Positions 1-14,464 of a stretch of DNA of 64,000 bases are shown here, one piece after another. The stretch comes from Octopus vulgaris (Eukaryota). Location of the stretch: the NCBI GenBank assembly GCA_951406725.2, contig OX597818.1, positions 118,296,001 to 118,360,000 of the forward strand, written 5' to 3'. The translations under genes were made by a program, and so were the position numbers. Below the pieces are notes generated by a model. It did not search any database and had not been told where the DNA came from. It saw only the letters and a program-made list of their open reading frames with translations. How positions within the stretch are numbered: position 1 is the stretch's first letter; every line of letters begins with the position of its first letter.

Positions 1-3000
1 AGTGACTAGAATCTAAAATTTCAAAGCTCCATGCAGAGTGAAATAGAAATACCTAGACATAAATGTAGAATTTGAACCCACTATAAGCTACATGCTCTTG
101 AGAAGGTAATAGTCACACAACTAACGCAAACATTCAGATCTAGACTAGAAACCCTAATTAACACGAAATCTATTTTCCTTGTCCTTATCGCAACACCATT
201 AGGCTATTGAAGCAAGATTAATATAAAATAAATTTGAAGGAAATATAAAATGTAAGCGAGATTGAAAGCCTCGATTACTTTACAGCGCCAAGAGAGTGAT
301 TCACACTGGTCGCAGTACAAACCTCTGTCGCATTGACGGAATTGGACAGACAGCTCAAGATAATGAAATAGCGACAGAACTCCGCTGACTCGTTTTGTAG
401 TATCGTTCTTGGCGTCTCTTTGGCAAAACGTCTGACGTTGCCCTCCTCTGCCATTTTAAATGCTTTTGAGATCAAGCATTGTTGTTGTCTGCAACTGCTT
501 GTTCTGCCGCTAGAGCCTTCAATTGAATTTGTTCGTGTTTATTTACATTGCCGCCATGGGTGGATCTACCAAACGCACTACACACCCGGCGGCGTAGTTT
601 TTTTAGCTCATTTAAACATGCAAATCCTCGGCTAACCCAAGAAAAGACAGTCAGGGCGATATATATGCGTGTGTATGTGTATCTGTGTTCATGTGTATGC
701 CCATGTCTGTGTATACTTTACTATACATAGCCTAAGTATGCACACAACCACAATTACACAAATGTTCGTTCACATACACAAATATACACTCACTAACGTA
801 TATGCAACTCTCATCTCTCAAATATATTGCATAATCACGCACAAGTAAATTCCCTAGAAACCTAGAGCACTTATTCCTTTGTTTTTATTATTATTTTTAT
901 ATTCACATTCTCGTGTCTTTTACCACAACATCGTTTTATTATTTTTTACGATTTCACATTTATTCACAAACATAACAATTTATCGTCGGCTTGCCATCTT
1001 GTTATACTCCTGTGGTCTAACAGAAAGTTGTCTTTTTCTGTCTTTTCAATTACCATTTTCAATCTATAGCTTTAATGCAGACTACTTTATTTTTTTGGCT
1101 TCATTTTTCCAATTTCTATTTATATTTATTTTCTAACGGATGTTTTGTAGCTCTTTCTTACTTTGTCTACAATTTCTGTGTCCTTTATTCTCACGCTGCA
1201 CAAACCACAAATAAGGCGTGTTTAAATACATTTTGCTAAAGACATTTGTTTCTAGAATGAAAATCTGCCCTATATTGTCCTTTTCTGTTATTCTTTTATT
1301 CTGTCTGCCATCCTCCAAATATTAGGGATGTGACTTGAGTGCTTTATACACGTTTTATAATATGATTCACAACATGAAATGCTACAGAGATTAAAGATCT
1401 CCTTCATAGCAGTTTTCGGGATGGTAAGTTTCAATTATACGAAACGCGTACTACGCGACAGAGTGTCTGAAGGCACACGAGTCAGATATATAGCGCGTAT
1501 TATGGTGACATGGAGGCGCGATCCACTGCAAACAGTTGTAATATTTAACTCCTAGAACATAACGTAATTATTTAAGCAATTACAAGGGGGTCACTGGTGT
1601 AATACAACAGCAAAAGCTAAAAGAAATTAAATAACATTGGCGAAGGATGACCCGAATGTCAAGATAACAGACACAGTTCTGTACAGTCTATTTCATTGGC
1701 ATGACTGAAAGTAACATCTACTCGGTCAATCCGCCTGCTTGATATAACCAGCAACAATTCCCTGGAATTAAGCTATACATTATTAAAAACTACAGAAGGA
1801 TAAATTCCTCCTTATTATAAGAGAAAGTAGCCACAAAGAGAACATATACCTTCGATCGAATCCATCTACTTAAAGAGTGAATAGATTTATTTAATGAAGG
1901 GGAAACGTTATTTGCAGATTCTGCGCGAAGGGAGAAGGTCTCTCTACCCAAAGAAAGAATGGAGATTTCTGCAGCTAAACCCACTGCGCTATGGTGGGTG
2001 TGTATGTTTGCATATCCAAATTTCTTGCACTAAATGTCATAGACTTCGGGAAAATGTTTACTAGAATCAATTCCATCCTTATTAGATTCGTTTAGAATTC
2101 TAGGCTGTCACCTCGTTAAACGATGATATATATTGGATGAAAGAACAGATCAGAATTTTTTCATCTGCCCACGAGGAGTTACGACGTGAAAACTGATTTA
2201 GTGTATTTTATTCTTTGGATAGACTAAAATAATCTGCAACTAACATGTACAGACTATCGAGCTACGTCTCGATAGTCTCAAAAGAGAAAGCAGCGCGATA
2301 ATCTAAAAGAGATTAATCATAATTCATACAGAATTCGAGAAACTTTGCTTAGGTGCAATCACTGTCTTTTTATGTGTATGATTTCTATACATCTGTGCCT
2401 CTGATTCTGTTATCTTTGAACATAACAACATATGTATTCAATCCTCCGCTGTGTGGTATTTTCATTCTCCACTTTCCAAGTCTAAATTAATCCATGCATT
2501 CTCCTTTTAAATCCATATAACCTGAAAGAAAAGCAAACCAGAATGAATGGAAAATGCAGCTGGGGAGATTTATTTGTAGCATTGTACGAAAAGCATGGGA
2601 AAATGCGTCTGAGTGCGGCTACCAGCCGGATCACCGTGATATTTTCTTTAACAAAACACAGTATTTAACTGTAACGCACTTGAAAATGATTGCTCGCCTC
2701 AGTTAGGGGATCGCACTCCTATGAGTAGATCTTCCGCGTGTTTGGGTGTTTGTACTCTTGCTAATGCACTATTGGAATCGGTACTTTGCCCCGGCCTGGT
2801 GAGCGCGTAGGCTCGCGACTTTCTTATTAATGGCGTGGGTGTGTGAACACGTGCGTGCACACTGGAACACACACTAATATATTTTCTTTCATAGACATCT
2901 GTTCCTACACCAAAGCTTATTCAGCACCCCACAAATTAAGAATCAACACAGTTTTAATTAGTTTGTAATCTCCTTGTCTTTAAAATCTAATTCCACCTTT

Positions 3001-3185
3001 TTATCGTATGGTCTTATTGATTCCATTCAATAGGGTTTGTAGCAAGTGCTATTTATAGAACATTTAATATAGGAATCAAACTCAATTAACATTTTAAGTC
3101 AGATAACTTTACAGCTCTTTCCTTATTTCCTGTCGTGTTCAGTGGTTTAGCATTCATGTTTGCTAACGAAGTATCCGGGCTTTTG
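1..3185. repeat. Segmental duplication, copy 1 (probably extends left of the window)
   Basis: Matches 11281-14464 base for base except about 4 differences seen (619 t/c, 1722 t/c, 1-bp indel near 1755, 2222 g/c). Identity ends after gggcttttg. Confidence 0.97.
1379..2895 (+). CDS. Speculative spliced small ORF of 63 aa (exons 1379-1423, 1918-1993, 2729-2798, stop completed at 2895); also present in the duplicate
   Basis: Phase-compatible GT-AG joins (atg|gtaagt; tttgcag|att...tatg|gtggg; tag|atc...cctg|gtgag; tttcatag|a) give MLQRLKISFIAVFGMILREGRRSLYPKKEWRFLQLNPLRYDLPRVWVFVLLLMHYWNRYFAPA*. No homology recognised; the exon 3 acceptor is weak. Confidence 0.22.
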
Positions 3186-3287
3186 AGACTATTTCCCGTT
3201 TTATTACGTATAACTGACCTAAAATAATCGATACACATCATCACGTTTTCAATTGTGACTATATAAATAAAATGCCAATGCAATCCT

Positions 3288-3499
3288 TTTCTACTCTAGG
3301 CACATGGCCCGAAATTTTGGGGGAGGGGGCCAGTCGATTAGATCGACTCCAGGATGCAACTGGTACTAAATTTATCGACTCCGAGAGGGTGAAAGGCAAA
3401 GTCGACCGCGGCGGAATTTGGACTCAGAACGTAAAGACAGACGAAATAGCACTAAGCATTTCGCACGGCGTGCTAACATTTCTGCCAGATCACGGCCTT
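3288..3499 (-). mobile_element. SINE family A (tRNA-derived head, Meta/MESC-like central domain)
   Basis: Homologous to copies at 33025, 34744 and 41430; flanked by the direct repeat aatgccaatg (3271, 3500). Confidence 0.8.
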
Positions 3500-3528
3500 A
3501 ATGCCAATGTAAACCTGCGACCTATATG

Positions 3529-3550
3529 CATACATACATACATACATACA

Positions 3551-3627
<77 letters not shown>

Positions 3628-3660
3628 ATATAATATAATATAATATATAATATATATGTA
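3529..3660. repeat. Compound (TACA)n-(TA)n-(TATAA)n microsatellite
   Basis: Direct inspection. Confidence 0.95.
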
Positions 3661-4401
3661 TAGATAGATAATAAATTCTTTGGTCAAATAAGTATCAGTC
3701 GATTAGTGTGTTTAAATTTTGAGTAGAGCACTGATGTCGTTTCGAAACTGATAGTGCTTCGAATATAGTTGGGTTACTAGAACCGTTGCTTGGTTCCCAT
3801 GTGGTTATTGCCAGAAAAGAGCAATTAGCATATGGAGAACACTTTCTGGGAAATAAGAGAATTTAACGATTCTTCGTTTCTGCATCTCTAGGAAAATGAA
3901 AGTATTCAGTTTATCAAAAAATAGGATAAAGAAATTACACTTTTAAGATAAAAGGTAAAAGAACGAATAGTACATTGCGTACTATATATATATAAAGCAA
4001 AGATGTACAGGTGTCAATTCATTACGGCCGTTTCAAGCGACAACATTAATTTATTGATGAAAATATTACATCATTTGAAAGAAAACTTTCTCAGCAGATG
4101 GCCGTATAGACTTCAAACATAGAAGATACAGCCACTTCCTTAGCATATTCACATCCCTAATAGCACTCAAAATATTTACCGAGGTAAAGTGCTTCAATTT
4201 CAGTAACTACAATTTATTTTTCCTTTCAGTAGCCGGTGCATTCAGTCAAACTATGGTATCTCCAACTGCTTCAGGAGCTAAGATATAAAAAAACTGTCAC
4301 AATGATTTACAACGGTTCTGCTATGGATTGCTGAAAATATTTTTTCGTTTTCTGAAAAATTCTAAGATTTGGACATACGTCGTCTTTGCATAATAGTAAC
4401 G

Positions 4402-4441
4402 ATATATATATATATATATACATACATGCATATATATATAT

Positions 4442-4513
<72 letters not shown>

Positions 4514-4524
4514 GCATATATATG

Positions 4525-4558
<34 letters not shown>

Positions 4559-4564
4559 AATATG

Positions 4565-4607
<43 letters not shown>
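4402..4607. repeat. (TA)n microsatellite
   Basis: Direct inspection. Confidence 0.95.
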
Positions 4608-4610
<3 letters not shown>

Positions 4611-4904
4611 AGATAGCTAGACATTCACTGTAAGTTGGTTGTTATTGGACTTTCAACATCTACTGTTTAAGCTATATCCCCAACTAAGCTTTACGTTTAG
4701 CACACCCATTAACTACTTAGGTATATCAAATATTAGTAGACGAGTTAAAAGACATTTATACACATGTGATGAAGATACTAGTTTTCCCAAAGTCATGACC
4801 TTCATCGCATTTGACAGCGTACTGTTTCGACAGATATAAATTTCCTTCATTTTTGGTTTAGCGTGATTGTGCGTGTATATGTGTCTGTATGTGTATGCAT
4901 ATGT

Positions 4905-4938
<34 letters not shown>

Positions 4939-5573
4939 CTATGCTTGCACGTATGTGTGCGTATGCAGTCTGATTCATATTACATTATCTATAGATCACG
5001 TTGCATTCACCAACGTGATGTAGTCTAGCTTGGCATAATGTGTACATAGATTTCATAGTAAAGGGATTTTTATATTTGTGTTTTCGCTTACACTCAGATA
5101 AGAAAATTTCGCATCGAAATTTTTTAAACTACTTAAAATGTAAACATAACAGCTCCACCTGCATAGTATACGATAAATCATTTTTCTGTAAACTTTACTC
5201 AAAATTAAGACAAGTGTTCGAATGTATTGAGAGCAACACGCATTTTTAAATACATGCTTGTCGAAATATGTTAGAATATTACGTGTGCTTGTGAAAGAGG
5301 ATATAATTGTAAAGTATACATTTAGTTGTTCATGTATATATGTTTTTTTAAAATCTTATTCTTGTTTGAGACGCATCCTTGAAAGGTTTAGTTAAGTAAA
5401 TCGACTCCCATACTCAATTTCGTTATGTCTGGTACTTATAGAATCGGCCGCTTTTGGCGAACTGCTAAGTTATGGGGATGGAAACAAACAGCACTATTTG
5501 TCAAGCAGTGCGTGGAGAACCAGTGCTATAGCACTGTGAGAAGCAAGCTGACTTGCCTACAGACGGACATACT

Positions 5574-5624
<51 letters not shown>

Positions 5625-5835
5625 TGTACATTTAAACACATAAGAGGCATCCATCACGCTAGATAGAACAGTTAAATTTCAAATCACTATTTGGGATAAA
5701 ACTTCGAAGTGGATGAAAAAAAAAAAAAAAAACATTTATAATCTAAATCCTGGACCATGGTTTCAGATATTTTTAGCAAATAAAATTATTTGCTAGGCGA
5801 TGTCTTCTACACCAGGTACACCTTAGATTAAATAT

Positions 5836-6225
5836 ATATATGGGACGCGCTCTATTAAACTCGGAATGTTTGGAAGGACCCCATTGACCCAATTTGCTGA
5901 CTTTTCCGATGGCACGAAGGTCTTGATAAATGGCTGAATGACCAAATCCAAGCTACTCTGCTAGTTCCTCAACAGTTTCGATGAGATTTTGTTCCACTAG
6001 AGTTTGTAGAGCTCTACAGGGCTTCCAGGACGAGGTTGGTATTCTAGGTAGTAGTTTCCCGCCCAAAATTTCTGGAATCACCGTTGACGCTGGCTTACGA
6101 TTATTGTCGGTTCCCCATATGCAGCATTAATATTCCTCGGACTTTCCGCTACGTTGCTGCTTTTATACATCTCATAAAGCAAAATATTCCGAAAATGCTC
6201 TTTTCTCACTTCCATTATAACTTTG
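5836..6225 (-). mobile_element. Mariner transposase 5' fragment (second, diverged copy)
   Basis: Aligns by eye with 8630-9015 (HTH region, KLGQWGP ~ WVP motif). Confidence 0.8.
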
Positions 6226-6589
6226 ACAAATTCTGTTTGTTTTGTTTTGCAAAAATAAAGGACAATTTAGGATTGAGTTTTATTTTCTCAATGGCCTAAT
6301 TCTCCTCAGCCGCTCTTTGTTAATGATGGTTATCATGTTCTTTGGAGGTTGTGTGTTTTGAACTCGAGTCTTGCAATGGCAATCAAATGGGTCCTTTGCT
6401 GCTGGCAGTATTTAAAATGGTTGATTTTCTTGTTAATTCTTTTAATTCTTTTATAATTGCTCTTCTATTTCTAGAGATTCTGCACTTGTAATGGAGTATG
6501 TTTTGTGCATATATTTCTTAGTGTCAACAAATGTCTGCCAGGATGTGTTTATGTTGGTGAGTGTGTGTGTGTGTGTGCACGTGAAGGTT

Positions 6590-6850
6590 CAATCAACTTG
6601 AGTAAGATCATGATTGATTGCATCCCAGTATGCGCTATGAAGATCCATAGTGTCAAATAGATGGGATAGAGAAGTATCATTTGGTTTGATATTTGAATGG
6701 TAGAATCTCTGATCGCAGAGAACCATGTCATGGGCTGAGATTAGTGGTGTTTTTGCCCACTGCAATATTGTGGATAGTGTCAGTATGCTTACTGAATACT
6801 AGGTCCTTTTCCATGTATTAAGAGATCTTGTTGTGATCTTCTCTCATAAT
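6590..6850 (-). pseudogene. Possible decayed LINE reverse-transcriptase fragment
   Basis: Minus-strand MDLHSAYWDAINHDL resembles the LINE RT motif LDLSKAFDxINHxLL; many stops. Confidence 0.3.
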
Positions 6851-7571
6851 GCAGGGAAACGGTTGCATAACCAACTACATGCAAGCCTAGAGAATTACGT
6901 TATGTAGAAACAATTGTAGTGCTTGCAAATAAATCTCCAACCGAACTCCTTGTTGACTCCAACTTTTTCAATTATTTAATCATATACTACAATATAACAC
7001 TACTGCTGAATAGAACAGCACTAAATCTGAAGGCTGACAAGCTTTATACTCTACTCAACTACGTTATATAACTACATATGCAGAAATCTATACGCGCATA
7101 TATTATGAATTAAAATATTGTCGAGCATAAGACAGCCTCCGGAGATCTCTGTTTCACTTGTTTACCTCTAAGTACCAGCTTTGAAACACTTTTGCAAGTG
7201 TTTGCAACTATCTTACGTAAACAACAGAAAGCCCTTGACCTCGTAGTTTAACTGACACATTGGAACATACCGCACCTTTTTATTCCACTCACTGATTCCA
7301 ACAACGCATTGGGTACGTTTAGAATTTGTGCATTCTTAACCACCACTTCCCAATTATTCCCCAAACAGCAGCAGTTTTGTTCCTGTTTCCACGTCTATTT
7401 TTAATGAACAAGTTCTATTTTTAAGCATTGTATGTTTTGTTTAATCATAGTATATTTTGAAATTCATATTATTTCCAGCACTGAATCATTGTTAAATGGA
7501 ATCACAATTCTCTATATTAGATATTTATATCGAAAACAGTTTATTAAAAATAACACATCTTGCTGCTACTG

Positions 7572-7572
<1 letters not shown>

Positions 7573-7655
<83 letters not shown>
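7573..7655. repeat. (CTA)n microsatellite
   Basis: Direct inspection. Confidence 0.97.
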
Positions 7656-7656
<1 letters not shown>

Positions 7657-7867
7657 CACAACTACCACAACATACATTACGTCTAATATATTTGTAGCAT
7701 TTTTTTATTTGTTTTAGAAACTAATTATTCATAAACATTTCGTACAATTTTTTTTCTGTTCATATTTTGTTCTTCATTATATTTGCTCGAACGTTATGTA
7801 GTGTGTCGGCAAAAAATATTTGTTGTGTTATTTAAGATTAAACACAATGCAAATATATATACACTTA

Positions 7868-7935
<68 letters not shown>

Positions 7936-7939
<4 letters not shown>

Positions 7940-9030
7940 TTGGTTGACCCCATATATATGTTGTTTTTCATACTTCTTTTATTTTTCAAATTTAATATGA
8001 ACAAAGTTATTTTTATTATCTAAAATATACTCTCCTTCATTTTCACATTGCTCTCCCATCTCATTTGTAGACTTGCAAGGACCCTCTTTAAAAATTCATA
8101 TGTCTGTGACGAAAAATTCTCCTCCAGTACCTTTCTGACCCCTTCTACAGATTTCATATTTTACCTTCCAGATGATTTTGAAGTCTGCGGAATAAATGAT
8201 AATCAGATGAGGCAATGTCTGGCGAATATGGTGAGTGGGGCATCCTTTCCCATTCAAACTGCTCCAGCCTTTGGAATGTCATCCTTGCTGTATGTGGTCG
8301 AGCTTTATCCTGATAAAAGAACACTTTTCATCTTTAAACCAAAGATGGTCGTTTTCCTTCTAGCGCTGACATAAGCCCCTCATGCTATTCGCAGTAGATC
8401 TTCTCTGTTAACCCTTGGTTTGGGTTTAATAGTTCAACGCGGGCTAAACTTTTCATATGCCACCAAACAATACCTTATGTGGGTGCTGGTGTTTCTCCTT
8501 ACTCTATCCACTGTCTTCGGCTCTTGGCATTTTTATAGAGAACCCATTTCTCATCACCCGTTACTATTCGATACAAAAGGGTTTCATTCGTGAGACGTGA
8601 CAGCAAAGAATATCCCACATTCACCCTCTACGCGCGGTTAAACCTCGGAAAGTTTGGGAGGAAACCATTTTGCCCCAATTCGCTGGCTTTTCCGATGGAA
8701 CGCAGGTCTTGATGAATGACTGAAGGCCCAAATGGAAGCTTCTCTGCTAGTTCCTCAACATTTACGATGGGATTTTGTCCCATCCGGGTTTGAAGAGCTC
8801 TACAGATCTTCCAGGACGAGGCTGGTCTTCTAGGTAGTAATTTCCGGCTCAGAATTTCTGAAAACACCCGTAGACGTTGGCGTACGCTTATTGTCCGGTC
8901 CCCATATACAACATTAATATTCTTCGCACTTTCCGCTACGTTTTTGCCTTTATACATCTCATAAAACAAAATATTCCGAAAATGCTCTTTTCTCGCTCCC
9001 ATTATAACTTTGATAAAAAGAACTGTTCAT
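7936..9030 (-). mobile_element. Near full-length, frameshifted mariner (Tc1/mariner, DD34D) transposon
   Basis: Minus strand encodes MGARKEHFRNILFYEMYKGKNVAESAKNINVVYGD (HTH), RIVTGDEKWVLYKN, FYQDKARPH, PHSPYSPDIASSDYHLF and C-terminal NEGEYILD. TIR-like tattttggttgacccc next to a TA run at about 7936. Confidence 0.92.
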
Positions 9031-10894
9031 ATATATATGTATATATACAGTGACTGATTGATAGGACAGGTGAGAAATGTAACAAGTAGGAAGAGTAATG
9101 CGAAAGGTCAAGGTGAAAAGATTCTAGCACCATATTCTGTAAAAAGCCACGTCGAATACATCAGTAAAATTGCCTCGGTCGTCCAGTAACAACTCATGCC
9201 CGAGACAATGCTGCTATAATTGTCCCAATAATTTTGAGATTCATTTGGTGGAAATCTTGCAGTATGTTTAACTTAATTTTTTTGCAGCGATAACAATGAA
9301 TCATGAGACAAAACAGCAAATAAAATACAAGGAAACTACAGCTGTCATGTCTGTGAGTGAAAATTGTGTCTGCGAACATTGCTAACAAACAAGTTTAAAC
9401 AATGGAAAGCACAAGAGTTTTTAACAAAAGTCAGTCCTGGAAGTTATGAATCAAATATTTTGCACAGTACTGACAAATATTCTGTAAGTAAACAGAAATT
9501 TCTCTTGAGAAATATTGTGCTACTTGTGTATAATTATTTCTGAATCTCATCAAGGTTTCTACATCCTCTTCACAAACTCCGTTATTGTACCCTCTAGCTA
9601 GTAGTTTTCCATTAAATCCTTTGCCCTCTCAAGAAATTATAGGTCAAAATATTTAATCTTGAAGCGTCTGCTGCACCTAACAGTGCTTATTTGTATATTT
9701 TTAGGGTTTACTTACATATTGTTTTCTTAGATATAATTTTTATTAATTTCGCAGGGATTGATGCATTTCCATTCATCAGCTCTCTTCAAACTAGCTTCTC
9801 ATCAGCTAGGGTTATAATTCCTGCACATAGAGAACGGATATCTTACACTAAGTGACTCATCCTCTTAGCAGTCATATCTTCTCTTTTCCTTCATCATGGT
9901 ATTTCTTCTCGCCTCTCCACTCTTTCCATTATCCTAGTTTTCCTGTTTTCTCTTTCACAATCAGAACGTGTTTGGTTTTGATAAGTAGTAACAAACGTTT
10001 CAGCAATTTTAGCTGACAACATTTTCAAATTCTTGAAATAAACACTCATAACACAGAATTATTTCTCGGGAATGACATAAGAATTCATCTACTTGCTTCA
10101 GTACTGTGGAATTCATTTCTTTCTAGCTTTCTAAAATATCCTGACGATCTTCTAGATTCTTGGTGCGGTTTATATCTTGAAACATTCATTTGCTGTCGAT
10201 GATATGCTTGATTTCATCGTTACCTCAGAAACAATTACCCATATCACTTTTTTTTTGCTAAAAATTCAAACAAACTCTTGTTTCAGTGATAATATATTAA
10301 CTTAGTCTTCTTTCCCTATTAATATTCGATTGTATGGATGTAGCTAATACGAAACTCTAGCGGAATAAACTTTTGAAAGTCGTTTCCAAGTTCTTAAGTT
10401 TTGAAATATTATAGTCTTCGTGACGGGAATGGCTATTTGCCTTTTTTGTTTGTCCAGAAACCAACTGCCATTATCATCTTTAAAGTTAGTGATTGCCACG
10501 CATTGATGACACTACGGTGCCTGTTCAACACCCATCGGCACTAAAATCTGTTCTGAAGATGGGTGTATCCTTTGTATTCTGCTTTCTGACCTTGTTGACA
10601 TGCTACGGAAGATACATCTGGACAATTGGTACATCCATGTGTACTTAAATTAATTGATGTGTCGGATTCGAATGCATGTGCCGAACAAACAGAAACTGCT
10701 TCGGAGAAGCCCATTGAAGGTACAATAGTGAAGATATCTTTCCATAACTGATTATGTCTTCCACCTTTTGTGCAGGATTATTTTAAGTGAAATTATAGGC
10801 TCTTGGAGAACCAAATAATGCTACCTGGATATTGCACTTGAACATATTCAACTAGTCTGAATTTGGAGAGGTGTAATAGATTTAGTTTGGTGTG

Positions 10895-10942
<48 letters not shown>

Positions 10943-11280
10943 GCGCCATAAACCATTTGTCGGTTACTTTAGTGTCCTGAAAATTCTTGATTATGCTCAC
11001 AAACCAACTGTTTCGGCCCTTTTCGTCGTTCCGTGTTGCCGCTTTTACCAAAAAGTGCAGAATTTGAAAATGTTTCCTCTGAGAAACTGTTCTCTCGCAG
11101 TGCCACGACATCGGTTTTGAAAAGAGGGAATAGTTTTTAGATGTAACGTACATTGTTTTAATCTTTCTGTGATATTAATTTCAACATGTTTACTTAGATT
11201 TTACGCTTCAAAGATCTTGGATCAATTTTTGTATTTTTCAACCGAAGGAAGGATGAGACACTGATTGCAGTTTCCCAAGA

Positions 11281-14200
11281 AGTGACTAGAATCTAAAATT
11301 TCAAAGCTCCATGCAGAGTGAAATAGAAATACCTAGACATAAATGTAGAATTTGAACCCACTATAAGCTACATGCTCTTGAGAAGGTAATAGTCACACAA
11401 CTAACGCAAACATTCAGATCTAGACTAGAAACCCTAATTAACACGAAATCTATTTTCCTTGTCCTTATCGCAACACCATTAGGCTATTGAAGCAAGATTA
11501 ATATAAAATAAATTTGAAGGAAATATAAAATGTAAGCGAGATTGAAAGCCTCGATTACTTTACAGCGCCAAGAGAGTGATTCACACTGGTCGCAGTACAA
11601 ACCTCTGTCGCATTGACGGAATTGGACAGACAGCTCAAGATAATGAAATAGCGACAGAACTCCGCTGACTCGTTTTGTAGTATCGTTCTTGGCGTCTCTT
11701 TGGCAAAACGTCTGACGTTGCCCTCCTCTGCCATTTTAAATGCTTTTGAGATCAAGCATTGTTGTTGTCTGCAACTGCTTGTTCTGCCGCTAGAGCCTTC
11801 AATTGAATTTGTTCGTGTTTATTTACATTGCCGCCATGGGTGGATCTACCAAACGCACTACACACCCGGCGGCGTAGTTTTTTTAGCTCATTTAAACACG
11901 CAAATCCTCGGCTAACCCAAGAAAAGACAGTCAGGGCGATATATATGCGTGTGTATGTGTATCTGTGTTCATGTGTATGCCCATGTCTGTGTATACTTTA
12001 CTATACATAGCCTAAGTATGCACACAACCACAATTACACAAATGTTCGTTCACATACACAAATATACACTCACTAACGTATATGCAACTCTCATCTCTCA
12101 AATATATTGCATAATCACGCACAAGTAAATTCCCTAGAAACCTAGAGCACTTATTCCTTTGTTTTTATTATTATTTTTATATTCACATTCTCGTGTCTTT
12201 TACCACAACATCGTTTTATTATTTTTTACGATTTCACATTTATTCACAAACATAACAATTTATCGTCGGCTTGCCATCTTGTTATACTCCTGTGGTCTAA
12301 CAGAAAGTTGTCTTTTTCTGTCTTTTCAATTACCATTTTCAATCTATAGCTTTAATGCAGACTACTTTATTTTTTTGGCTTCATTTTTCCAATTTCTATT
12401 TATATTTATTTTCTAACGGATGTTTTGTAGCTCTTTCTTACTTTGTCTACAATTTCTGTGTCCTTTATTCTCACGCTGCACAAACCACAAATAAGGCGTG
12501 TTTAAATACATTTTGCTAAAGACATTTGTTTCTAGAATGAAAATCTGCCCTATATTGTCCTTTTCTGTTATTCTTTTATTCTGTCTGCCATCCTCCAAAT
12601 ATTAGGGATGTGACTTGAGTGCTTTATACACGTTTTATAATATGATTCACAACATGAAATGCTACAGAGATTAAAGATCTCCTTCATAGCAGTTTTCGGG
12701 ATGGTAAGTTTCAATTATACGAAACGCGTACTACGCGACAGAGTGTCTGAAGGCACACGAGTCAGATATATAGCGCGTATTATGGTGACATGGAGGCGCG
12801 ATCCACTGCAAACAGTTGTAATATTTAACTCCTAGAACATAACGTAATTATTTAAGCAATTACAAGGGGGTCACTGGTGTAATACAACAGCAAAAGCTAA
12901 AAGAAATTAAATAACATTGGCGAAGGATGACCCGAATGTCAAGATAACAGACACAGTTCTGTACAGTCTATTTCATTGGCATGACTGAAAGTAACATCTA
13001 CCCGGTCAATCCGCCTGCTTGATATAACCAGCAACATTCCCTGGAATTAAGCTATACATTATTAAAAACTACAGAAGGATAAATTCCTCCTTATTATAAG
13101 AGAAAGTAGCCACAAAGAGAACATATACCTTCGATCGAATCCATCTACTTAAAGAGTGAATAGATTTATTTAATGAAGGGGAAACGTTATTTGCAGATTC
13201 TGCGCGAAGGGAGAAGGTCTCTCTACCCAAAGAAAGAATGGAGATTTCTGCAGCTAAACCCACTGCGCTATGGTGGGTGTGTATGTTTGCATATCCAAAT
13301 TTCTTGCACTAAATGTCATAGACTTCGGGAAAATGTTTACTAGAATCAATTCCATCCTTATTAGATTCGTTTAGAATTCTAGGCTGTCACCTCGTTAAAC
13401 GATGATATATATTGGATGAAAGAACAGATCAGAATTTTTTCATCTGCCCACGAGGAGTTACGACGTGAAAACTGATTTAGTGTATTTTATTCTTTGGATA
13501 CACTAAAATAATCTGCAACTAACATGTACAGACTATCGAGCTACGTCTCGATAGTCTCAAAAGAGAAAGCAGCGCGATAATCTAAAAGAGATTAATCATA
13601 ATTCATACAGAATTCGAGAAACTTTGCTTAGGTGCAATCACTGTCTTTTTATGTGTATGATTTCTATACATCTGTGCCTCTGATTCTGTTATCTTTGAAC
13701 ATAACAACATATGTATTCAATCCTCCGCTGTGTGGTATTTTCATTCTCCACTTTCCAAGTCTAAATTAATCCATGCATTCTCCTTTTAAATCCATATAAC
13801 CTGAAAGAAAAGCAAACCAGAATGAATGGAAAATGCAGCTGGGGAGATTTATTTGTAGCATTGTACGAAAAGCATGGGAAAATGCGTCTGAGTGCGGCTA
13901 CCAGCCGGATCACCGTGATATTTTCTTTAACAAAACACAGTATTTAACTGTAACGCACTTGAAAATGATTGCTCGCCTCAGTTAGGGGATCGCACTCCTA
14001 TGAGTAGATCTTCCGCGTGTTTGGGTGTTTGTACTCTTGCTAATGCACTATTGGAATCGGTACTTTGCCCCGGCCTGGTGAGCGCGTAGGCTCGCGACTT
14101 TCTTATTAATGGCGTGGGTGTGTGAACACGTGCGTGCACACTGGAACACACACTAATATATTTTCTTTCATAGACATCTGTTCCTACACCAAAGCTTATT

Positions 14201-14464
14201 CAGCACCCCACAAATTAAGAATCAACACAGTTTTAATTAGTTTGTAATCTCCTTGTCTTTAAAATCTAATTCCACCTTTTTATCGTATGGTCTTATTGAT
14301 TCCATTCAATAGGGTTTGTAGCAAGTGCTATTTATAGAACATTTAATATAGGAATCAAACTCAATTAACATTTTAAGTCAGATAACTTTACAGCTCTTTC
14401 CTTATTTCCTGTCGTGTTCAGTGGTTTAGCATTCATGTTTGCTAACGAAGTATCCGGGCTTTTG
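11281..14464. repeat. Segmental duplication, copy 2
   Basis: Direct repeat of 1-3185 at offset 11280/11279; the same ORFs recur in the ORF track. Confidence 0.97.

Noticed and set aside
275-475. 66-aa minus ORF with strong Kozak-like aaaATGg (MAEEGNVRRF...)
   Set aside because: No recognisable domain or convincing donor; its recurrence at 11555 is only due to the duplication.
2778-2798. miR-92-like 3' end (ccccggcctg)
   Set aside because: The seed AUUGCAC is absent.
3725-3760. Hammerhead-like agcactgatgtcgtttcgaaactgatagtgct
   Set aside because: Core is CTGATGT, with no proper stem II or III; at most a decayed remnant.
4790-4855. Minus-strand GAAACAG-tacg-CTGTC hammerhead 3' half
   Set aside because: No intact CUGANGA or stem I upstream.
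8048-8374. 108-aa plus-strand ORF
   Set aside because: Antisense shadow of the mariner transposase.
9740-9815. Two minus-strand CTGATGA motifs with a downstream GAAA
   Set aside because: No stem I or II pairing found.
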